From Candidatus Omnitrophota bacterium (GTDB lineage Bacteria; Omnitrophota; Gorgyraeia; Pluralincolimonadales; Pluralincolimonadaceae): DNA of 64,000 nucleotides. Shown piece after piece: positions 23,657 through 30,527 of this stretch (its first letter is position 1; each line of letters begins with the position of its first letter). The notes beneath the pieces were generated by a model. That model made no database searches. It saw only the letters and a list, made by a program, of their open reading frames with translations, and was not told the DNA's origin. The stretch is taken from NCBI GenBank assembly GCA_028716565.1, contig JAQUPL010000001.1:537476-601475 (forward strand), given 5' to 3'. Both the position numbers and the translations under genes were made by a program.

Positions 23657-24421
23657 TTACCATGGGAACTTCAGGCCGGCCTCGACCTTTGATTCCTCGG
23701 CAAGGCGCTTGAACCGGAGGAATGCTTCCCCACCCAGGAGTTTCCTTGAGAGGGTCGCGCTCATTCCGACCCTCTGGCCGCGGGTGTCGGTAAACTCGAA
23801 CTCCAGGGAGGTCCGTTTATTGAGACTATATCTCAACAACCCGAAAAATTTTATGACTTTTTCAATCGGCCTCTTCCTCTGGGATACGCCGATGCCGATA
23901 CGGTATACGAGCTTTCCCAGGCGCCCGGTGACGCCGGAATCCTCAAACTGCGCCCTGAATAAAAATCCGGATTCGCCGCTCGTATCGAGCATGTATGCGA
24001 TCTTGTCCCTGCCGGTCAACCGCCACGCGCCGTTAAAAACGAGGATGCGCTCCTTTTTCGTCTTGCGGACCAGGTCTGTCTTTTTATACCTGTATAATAT
24101 CCGGTTATCGTCGCCTATCTCCCAGGCGCCGTCGAAGACGAGGATATCGCGCCTCCCGTCTTCCTTCGAGACGGCGAACGACAAGCGGTTATCCTCGTCG
24201 GCCTGCCATTTGCCTTTTAATTTAAGGATGCTCGCGACATCGACATTCCTCTCCTTCTTCGATGTCACGATGCAGGTAAGCTCATCGGAGGAGATGCCGG
24301 CCAGGTCGGCCCTCATGCTGAGGACTTCCCTGCCGTAAGGGTCCGTAGTGTCGGTGACGACCAGTTCCAGGTCGTGGTTACTGTTGAGGCGCCACCGGCT
24401 TTTCTGTTTTAATGAGGGCAT
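23657..24421 (-). CDS. hypothetical protein with tandem ~20-aa internal repeats (start uncertain; overlaps upstream gene by 44 nt if 24421)
   Basis: Repeated ILVFDGAWEIGDDNRILYRY / ILVFNGAWRLTGRDKIAYML units. No family recognised. Confidence 0.4.
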   Translation of the reverse strand: MPSLKQKSRWRLNSNHDLELVVTDTTDPYGREVLSMRADLAGISSDELTCIVTSKKERNVDVASILKLKGKWQADEDNRLSFAVSKEDGRRDILVFDGAWEIGDDNRILYRYKKTDLVRKTKKERILVFNGAWRLTGRDKIAYMLDTSGESGFLFRAQFEDSGVTGRLGKLVYRIGIGVSQRKRPIEKVIKFFGLLRYSLNKRTSLEFEFTDTRGQRVGMSATLSRKLLGGEAFLRFKRLAEESKVEAGLKFPW

Positions 24422-25451
24422 ACCGTGGATCCAGTTTTTCGAGGAACTTCAGGCTGTATGTCCTGAAGAAAACGGCGAACGGCAGGTTAAGCGCCATAAG
24501 GCAATATAACAAAAAGAGGCAGACCGGAGTCAATACCACGCCGAAGAATATCCAGTAAGGCAGGATCGCGATGCCCGGGACCGTTTTTTGGATAAACCAC
24601 AGCACTAAGACCACCAAGGCTACCGGTATCGCTACGATGATGAAGCCGGCAATAAAAGCCAAAATATAGGCTATGCCCGCGGCGATGCCGAGCCCCATTT
24701 TAATCAAAATATAGACGATGAGATTCCCGGCATTCCTTTTCACGAGTGCCCAGGCCTTGCCCCACGCGGCGAGGACGCGTATCCTCTCCTTATACATTAT
24801 CGGGATGACAAGGTCCACCGTTATAAGCGCGACTATTCCGGTTATGATGAAAAGTATAGATCCGATGATAAGGGCCGGCAGCAGCATCATGATGATCTCA
24901 AGCACCTGCTTCGGGGTCGGGTCGGAGACGTTGATAAGCCCCGATCTTACCAGGGCCGCGACGACGAGATATGCCAAAAACCCTAATATCGCGAGGAAGG
25001 CCGCGGTAAAGACGAGGTTGAAACGGAAAAATGAGTTCCCCGCGTCCGCGTTCGCGCCGAAAGGCGCCTTGATAGAAGCGTCGTTCTTGATGACGTCCTC
25101 CAGGAATACGAAGGAGAACCGCGAGCACAGCCACATCAATACCAGCGCCACCGCGATAATGATGACGGCTATGACCGCGACGACCGCTATTATTATACCT
25201 GTCTCTTCCGCCGACGGGGCGCAGGACTGGGCGCTGCTGCCCGGCTTGCGCTCGGCGGACTCCTGCTGTTCCTGCTTCTGCTCGTAATGGCTGCCGTTCC
25301 CGCCTGAATTAAGATTGCACCCGTGCGACATCGCGCCGGCCATGATCGCGATAAAAGCAAGGACCATCCATTTCTTGAAATTGAAAGGCTTGAAGAGGAC
25401 CTGTTTTGTCCATTCCGCGGATCCGCCGATTATCGCGCCGAAGTCGACCAT
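24378..25451 (-). CDS. hypothetical polytopic membrane protein
   Basis: 357 aa. Low-complexity N-terminal region followed by ~7 hydrophobic helices. No family recognised. Confidence 0.4.
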   Translation of the reverse strand: MVDFGAIIGGSAEWTKQVLFKPFNFKKWMVLAFIAIMAGAMSHGCNLNSGGNGSHYEQKQEQQESAERKPGSSAQSCAPSAEETGIIIAVVAVIAVIIIAVALVLMWLCSRFSFVFLEDVIKNDASIKAPFGANADAGNSFFRFNLVFTAAFLAILGFLAYLVVAALVRSGLINVSDPTPKQVLEIIMMLLPALIIGSILFIITGIVALITVDLVIPIMYKERIRVLAAWGKAWALVKRNAGNLIVYILIKMGLGIAAGIAYILAFIAGFIIVAIPVALVVLVLWFIQKTVPGIAILPYWIFFGVVLTPVCLFLLYCLMALNLPFAVFFRTYSLKFLEKLDPRYALIKTEKPVAPQQ

Positions 25452-25460
25452 TTTTCCCCC

Positions 25461-25742
25461 TTACCTGGAATAGTGTTTTAAATACCTTTGGAACTCTCTG
25501 CCGCTCAGGTACCCGTCATGGTTCGCGTCGAATTTTTTCTGGTTGGTCGTCGTAACTTTGACCGTGACATAGTTACTAAGCTTGTCTTCCCTTATCATCC
25601 GGCTCTCTTCTGCCGCGCTTTGCCTTCTCAGCGGACTGGCAGTTTGAGTCGTATCTGTATTGAGGCGCTTGTTCACCTCTGTCTGGGAATACGCCGCCGG
25701 GAAAAATAGTAACGCGATAATTATTGCGGTGATCATCCTCAT
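25461..25742 (-). CDS. small secreted protein with EF-hand-like calcium-binding loop
   Basis: Signal peptide MRMITAIIIALLFFPAAYS. DANHDGYLSGRE fits the canonical 12-residue EF-hand loop DxNxDGx(I/L)xxxE. Confidence 0.45.
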   Translation of the reverse strand: MRMITAIIIALLFFPAAYSQTEVNKRLNTDTTQTASPLRRQSAAEESRMIREDKLSNYVTVKVTTTNQKKFDANHDGYLSGREFQRYLKHYSR

Positions 25743-25954
25743 TTCATCGCCTGTTTCTTCGCCTTCCGGACTTTATATCGTTTATAGAATACCAACCCGG
25801 TGTGGACGCATGCCAGGACAAATGTCGCGGCGCCCAAGTGCGCGTGTATCTCATAATTTATCCCGGTGACCCCGAGCACCGCGGTCACGGCAAGACAGAT
25901 AAATGCCGCAATACCGGTATATATTATCCAGTCGTATAACTTAAACATTCGCAA
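25739..25954 (-). CDS. small membrane protein (2 TM), hypothetical
   Basis: 71 aa with two hydrophobic helices and a basic C-terminus. Start overlaps the downstream gene (ATGA). Confidence 0.3.
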   Translation of the reverse strand: MRMFKLYDWIIYTGIAAFICLAVTAVLGVTGINYEIHAHLGAATFVLACVHTGLVFYKRYKVRKAKKQAMK

Positions 25955-25983
25955 CCTCCTTCTTTCCAGTTGGTTATATTCTA

Positions 25984-25992
25984 TGGTATAAT
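25984..25992 (+). promoter_or_regulatory. extended -10 element TGGTATAAT positioned 6 nt upstream of the exosortase ATG (leaderless-type architecture)
   Basis: tggtataat-agcatt-ATG read from sequence. The identical 9-mer plus 6-nt spacing recurs at 30513-30530. Confidence 0.35.
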
Positions 25993-25998
25993 AGCATT

Positions 25999-26856
25999 AT
26001 GGTCAACATTATAATTTGGGTATTGGTCGCGGGGCTCTATTCGCCGGTCATCTCCCAGCTTTACAGGGCGCGATGGGAAAGCATCGACTACACCCATGCC
26101 TATTTCATCCTCCCCGTCTTCTTCGCCTTCCTCTTCTTCAAACGAAAAGAACTGAAAAATTCGGTGACAGCTTCTCTAATTCCCGCTTATGGGCGTAATG
26201 AATTAGGTAGCTGTCACCGAATTAAGTATGCTGTCACCGGAATTATCATTTTGGTCGCCGGCCTGCTGATGTTCATATTCGGATGGAAGTGGGATTACCT
26301 GATGATAACCTCGGGCTCGATGATACCGGTGCTTTTCGGGCTGGTTTTGTACCTCTACGGCCCGTCTACGGCGAAAATAACGGCATTCCCGATATTATAC
26401 CTGTTATTGCTCGTCCCGCCGCCGCTCGGCATCCTTGACTCGATAACGATGCCCATGCGCTACGGAATCTCCATCGCGACGGAGCACATCTTAAAGGCCT
26501 TCAGCATCCCGATAATCCGCGACGGGCTGATGCTCACCGTCGGCGGCCACGAGGTCTACATGGGCGCGCCGTGCAGCGGTTTCCGCTCGCTCATAACGAT
26601 GTTCTCTCTCGCCCTCGCCTACGTCTATTTCATAAACGCGCGCCTGCGGAACAAAGTGATCCTCGTCATCTCGGTCGTCCCGCTCGCCCTGCTCGGTAAC
26701 CTCATCCGCGTGACAGGGATGTGCCTCGTCACCTATAAATTCGGCGAGGAGACCGGGCACAAATTCCACGACACTAGCGGCCTCGTGATATTCGTCGTGC
26801 TCATTCTCGGCCTGCTGGGGATAGAGTCGCTTCTCGAAAAGAGAGCCAAGAAATGA
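25999..26856 (+). CDS. exosortase (EpsH/XrtA-like transpeptidase of the PEP-CTERM system)
   Basis: N-terminal W..ID.THAYFILPVFFAFLFFKRKEL motif. Catalytic triad contexts MGAPCSGFRSL (Cys), LGNLIRV (Arg), KFHDTSG (His). ~8 TM helices. 285 aa. Confidence 0.75.
   Translation: MVNIIIWVLVAGLYSPVISQLYRARWESIDYTHAYFILPVFFAFLFFKRKELKNSVTASLIPAYGRNELGSCHRIKYAVTGIIILVAGLLMFIFGWKWDYLMITSGSMIPVLFGLVLYLYGPSTAKITAFPILYLLLLVPPPLGILDSITMPMRYGISIATEHILKAFSIPIIRDGLMLTVGGHEVYMGAPCSGFRSLITMFSLALAYVYFINARLRNKVILVISVVPLALLGNLIRVTGMCLVTYKFGEETGHKFHDTSGLVIFVVLILGLLGIESLLEKRAKK
26160..26244. repeat. copy B of the GGTGACAG...CTGTCACC palindromic element, located inside (in frame with) the exosortase ORF
   Basis: ttcGGTGACAGCTTCTCTAATTCCCGCttatgggcgtaatgAATTAGGTAGCTGTCACCgaattaagtatgCTGTCACCggaatt. 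About 85 % identical to copy C over ~65 nt. Tail matches copy A arms. Confidence 0.75.
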
Positions 26857-27512
26857 ATAACAAAAAATCAATTATAGCTATTATCCTTATATGCCTTACG
26901 ATGCTCGTAAGCTTCGCCCTGCCCAGGCCGAAATACACAAGCCCGGACGTCCTCTCAAAGCTCGAGATACCGGCAAGTTTCGGCGCCTGGCACTCTCGTG
27001 ACGCATCCTCGCAGATCCAGACAGGCGGCGATGTCTATAATTTCGTGAGCCGCGTCTTCGCCCGCGAATACGCTCGGCCCGCATACATTTCCCTGCTCGA
27101 TAAGGGCTACGAGGGACTGCTCTTCCTCATCCTGGACGCCGGAAATTTCCACAATCCGAAAGTCTGCTACGGCAGCTCCGGCTACAAGACAACGGACCTC
27201 CCGGATATCGAATTCGACGCCAACGGCCATAGATTCAAGGCGTCGGCCGTCTTCTTCGACAGGCCAGGCAAAAGCGTCGTGATCACTTATTGGATAGTCA
27301 TAGATAAGAAACAGGCGGGCTGGGGCCAGCAGAAGATCATCGAGCTCTGGTCGTCTTTATTAGGAAAGAAAAAGGTAGGATTTATGTGCCGGATCGACAT
27401 CCCGGCCACGGCAGATACGACAGACAAAGCCGTCAATCTCGCGAAAAGCTTCATCTCCGCTATCGCCCCGCTCCTCCCTCAAGACCAGGCGGAATATCTC
27501 TTCGGCAAATAA
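26853..27512 (+). CDS. exosortase-associated EpsI-family protein (DUF3485-like)
   Basis: 219 aa. N-terminal TM anchor then periplasmic domain. Start overlaps the exosortase stop (ATGA), the usual EpsH-EpsI arrangement. Confidence 0.5.
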   Translation: MNNKKSIIAIILICLTMLVSFALPRPKYTSPDVLSKLEIPASFGAWHSRDASSQIQTGGDVYNFVSRVFAREYARPAYISLLDKGYEGLLFLILDAGNFHNPKVCYGSSGYKTTDLPDIEFDANGHRFKASAVFFDRPGKSVVITYWIVIDKKQAGWGQQKIIELWSSLLGKKKVGFMCRIDIPATADTTDKAVNLAKSFISAIAPLLPQDQAEYLFGK

Positions 27513-27562
27513 AAGGGGACGTTTCAAAAAGGGCTACATGAAACGTCCCCGAATTTACTCGC

Positions 27563-28231
27563 TTATTTCCTGCGCAATCTCCTTACAGCCAGCGTCGCGC
27601 CACCGAGAAGGAATAACACCGAACTTACCGGCTCGGGAACGGCGGATACGTGCATATCATCAAACATCGCGCTTCCACTGCCTGTGCCGTCTGCCTTGAC
27701 TTCCCAGACAAAAGTTCCCTTAACTATTCCGGAACCGTAACTCGAGGGCGTGAGAACGGTCGAGCTGTGCATCCAGTCATCACTGATCAGATCATCCGCC
27801 TGAAGATGTTCAGATGACGCTGTGCCGACTATCGTATCCGAAGAATTTTTGAATTCTATCCTCAGCCACGCGTATACGTCTCCGGTCAAGGGATCGCCGC
27901 TCGGCTGGAATATCCAACCACCTACATTCAACGGCTGGTTAGGATCGGTGATCGCAAAATCCTGCCACGCGCCGCCGCTTGTGCCTGCTTCTCCCCATGA
28001 CCATGCATGAATCGAATAACTGCTTCCGTCATGGCCCCAATTGTTAATATTATAAGCATAGTCGTGGCCGTAATTCGTCCAACTCGTCCATCCCGAAATA
28101 CTGCCTGTCTCAAACCCCGGATTGCTCAATGCATTTGTATCGGCATACGCCGGCGCTGCGGCAAGTGCCAAAAATAGCACCGCCATCACCATTTTTTTCA
28201 TGCTCTCACCCCACTGTTGTTTTTTCCTCAA
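27563..28231 (-). CDS. PEP-CTERM sorting-domain protein with CBM4/9-like carbohydrate-binding jelly-roll module (probable true start MKKMVMAVLF at 28201)
   Basis: C-terminus VPEPVSSVLFLLGGATLAVRRLRRK (PEP motif, TM helix, Arg-rich tail). NPGFETGSISGWT resembles the start of CBM_4_9 modules. Signal peptide present. Confidence 0.7.
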   Translation of the reverse strand: MRKKQQWGESMKKMVMAVLFLALAAAPAYADTNALSNPGFETGSISGWTSWTNYGHDYAYNINNWGHDGSSYSIHAWSWGEAGTSGGAWQDFAITDPNQPLNVGGWIFQPSGDPLTGDVYAWLRIEFKNSSDTIVGTASSEHLQADDLISDDWMHSSTVLTPSSYGSGIVKGTFVWEVKADGTGSGSAMFDDMHVSAVPEPVSSVLFLLGGATLAVRRLRRK

Positions 28232-28239
28232 CCCGAAAT

Positions 28240-28959
28240 CTATTTCCTGCGCAATCTCCTTACAGCGAGAGTCGCGCCGCCCAATATAAATAGAACTGTC
28301 GAAACCGGCTCGGGAACCGCGGTCGCGGTCGCGGAAACGTTATCGAACAGTGTGTAATCATAATGGTATCCCTCGTCCATCGCCCCGATGCCGACAAAAT
28401 ACGAACCTGCGCCCGACATCGTCGAGCTGTCATGCGACCACACAGGCGACGAATCCTGGTAAAAAGCCCATTGCGAGTTGTCGAACGTCAAATTGTAATT
28501 TTTCCAGTTGAACGACGGCTGGTTTGACCAATCGATCTCGCTGACAAACGTCCCGCTGTCTTCGAAACGGAGCTTACTGGAAGCCGCTTCGTAAGAAACT
28601 TTAAAATATTTTGAAGGGTCGACGCTGCTGAAGATCGCCAACTCACTTGACTGCGTCGGGGTCGGATACAGCGTATAGCTTCCGGCGAACACGCTTCCCG
28701 AGAAATTCACCTGGCCCTGCGCCGCGAAAGCCGACGAATAAAGATAGGCGTAACCGCTGTTGACAAGGTTATAATTAACATAACCGTCCGGTGAGATCCC
28801 GGCATAGTTACCTTCTCCCGAAGTAACGACAGTCCAATTCGTCCCTATCGTATTAGCGCTGAAATCGTCGCTGAATACGGTGACGTCCGCGAACGCTGAG
28901 GGATAAATAAACATCCCGATAATAACCGCGAAAATAAGTTTTTTCATAAAGGGAAACAC
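28240..28959 (-). CDS. PEP-CTERM sorting-domain protein
   Basis: Signal peptide. C-terminus AVPEPVSTVLFILGGATLAVRRLRRK. Confidence 0.7.
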   Translation of the reverse strand: MFPFMKKLIFAVIIGMFIYPSAFADVTVFSDDFSANTIGTNWTVVTSGEGNYAGISPDGYVNYNLVNSGYAYLYSSAFAAQGQVNFSGSVFAGSYTLYPTPTQSSELAIFSSVDPSKYFKVSYEAASSKLRFEDSGTFVSEIDWSNQPSFNWKNYNLTFDNSQWAFYQDSSPVWSHDSSTMSGAGSYFVGIGAMDEGYHYDYTLFDNVSATATAVPEPVSTVLFILGGATLAVRRLRRK

Positions 28960-29685
28960 TTATTTAGTTTTTCTGCGCAGGCGTCTTACCGCCAGCGTCG
29001 CGCCGCCGAGCAAAAACAACACGGTTGAAACCGGCTCGGGAACGGCAGTTACATCCAGTTTCGCCACCGAAAAATCACTCCAGATTGAAGGAATTCCCTC
29101 AGGAACATAGAATACGATCTTGTCGATAAGATAAGGGGTATCATAAACGTAATCGACTATGCCGTTACCTCCATCACCTATATACTCCTGCGCCAGCAAT
29201 GTCTGGGTAAAAAAGTTTTCTCCCTCATAGAAAAATTTCACCGCGCCCTTCTCCCGCTCGATGGGCCAGCAAAAGATCTTGTCATCATAGAAGAGCGACC
29301 TAACCTGAAAGGAATTGAGTTCGGTCGGCGCGTTAAACTTTATAACAAGTCTCTCCGATCCGCCGCACAGGGGGTTGTCGATCTCATCGTCTTCGCCGCC
29401 TAATATGCCAAGGCCCCGCGTCCCGCGATGCGTCAATATTCCCGGATTGCTCGGAATGTCACTATCCCAAGCCTTGACTACACCATAACCGCCCAATAAG
29501 CTCCAGCTGTTTTCTCCGAGGGAAAGGGAAGCGTCGCTATTCGACCATCCGCTTGTGTCCCCGTCAACACCCTGCAGCGTTTCCCCTACGCTTGGGTCCC
29601 AGATAAAGCTTACCTGGTCGGCGCTAGCCAGGCCGGCCACCGTCAAAAACAGGCATATCATTACAACAAAGTAGATTTTCTTCAT
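28960..29685 (-). CDS. PEP-CTERM sorting-domain protein
   Basis: Signal peptide. C-terminus AVPEPVSTVLFLLGGATLAVRRLRRKTK. Confidence 0.7.
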   Translation of the reverse strand: MKKIYFVVMICLFLTVAGLASADQVSFIWDPSVGETLQGVDGDTSGWSNSDASLSLGENSWSLLGGYGVVKAWDSDIPSNPGILTHRGTRGLGILGGEDDEIDNPLCGGSERLVIKFNAPTELNSFQVRSLFYDDKIFCWPIEREKGAVKFFYEGENFFTQTLLAQEYIGDGGNGIVDYVYDTPYLIDKIVFYVPEGIPSIWSDFSVAKLDVTAVPEPVSTVLFLLGGATLAVRRLRRKTK

Positions 29686-30233
29686 GCTTTTCCTTTTTTT
29701 CCCATCCTGCGTAGTAATAGCATAGAACCACCCGCCACAAACAATATCGAAGCCACCGGTTCGGGTATCGCAACGGGGTCGCCGCCGCCCAAATCATGCC
29801 AATTTTGATCGCTGCCTATGAATTCCGGCCAGGTCCACCAATCAGCTTCCGTATAAGTCAGGATCTGCCTCTGGACGACCTGCCCGTTTAAGGATGTCTG
29901 ATAAAGAAATTGGGTCGCGCGCGCCGGCTCGGCATTATCAAAATTCAGATAAAACCTCAGCCAGTCTGAATCCGGGCCTATGGCATACGCTTCGGTACTT
30001 GAAACAGTGAAGTTTTGCCAGTTGGAATCGGTAAAATTGGTGAAGGTAGGGGTCGCAAATGTATCATCCGCCTGCCAGAAGATCTGCATCTGATCGAATG
30101 CCCCAACATTATGCCCCTGATATTGTTCCGTGCTCGACTGCTGGAATAACTGGTTCCATGTGCTGGCTGAAGCCGTACCGGCAGCAAGCATCGTTAAAGC
30201 CGCGACAAATATTACCACAAAAATCTTCTTCAT
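29682..30233 (-). CDS. PEP-CTERM sorting-domain protein (divergent tail)
   Basis: Signal peptide. C-terminus AIPEPVASILFVAGGSMLLLRRMGKKGKA. Confidence 0.65.
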   Translation of the reverse strand: MKKIFVVIFVAALTMLAAGTASASTWNQLFQQSSTEQYQGHNVGAFDQMQIFWQADDTFATPTFTNFTDSNWQNFTVSSTEAYAIGPDSDWLRFYLNFDNAEPARATQFLYQTSLNGQVVQRQILTYTEADWWTWPEFIGSDQNWHDLGGGDPVAIPEPVASILFVAGGSMLLLRRMGKKGKA

Positions 30234-30439
30234 TTTGCAACCCTACCTCATTCAAATAAGTTAATATTATCCCTTATTAAGAGTATGAAATAACACGGAA
30301 TTTCGTCAGGAAGGTGTCATTCAAAGCAACGTGGTTATTCTAACAGATACTAAGATTTTGTCAACTGAAATAATTGCGATTTTTATAGCATTATCTTGCG
30401 GCCTATAGTCGGGAGAAATCTACCGGTAACAGTTTCACT

Positions 30440-30507
30440 GGAATTCGGTGGCAGCTTCTCTAATTCCCGCTATTAGTCGTAGTGAATTAGGTAGCTGCCT
30501 CCGAATT
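30440..30507. repeat. copy C of the GGTGACAG...CTGTCACC-type palindromic element, directly abutting the promoter of the GH5-like gene
   Basis: ggaattcGGTGGCAGCTTCTCTAATTCCCGCtattagtcgtagtgAATTAGGTAGCTGCCTCCgaattc is homologous to copy B. Confidence 0.7.
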
Positions 30508-30512
30508 CAATG

Positions 30513-30521
30513 TGGTATAAT
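30513..30521 (+). promoter_or_regulatory. extended -10 element TGGTATAAT, 6 nt upstream of the ATG at 30528 (same architecture as the exosortase promoter)
   Basis: tgtggtataat-tatgac-ATG read from sequence. Confidence 0.35.
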
Positions 30522-30527
30522 TATGAC

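Noticed and set aside
30510-30527. ATG at 30510 as start of the GH5-like gene (MWYNYDM...)
   Set aside because: This ATG lies inside the TGGTATAAT -10 element. The downstream ATG at 30528 yields a canonical signal peptide. Kept as an alternative.
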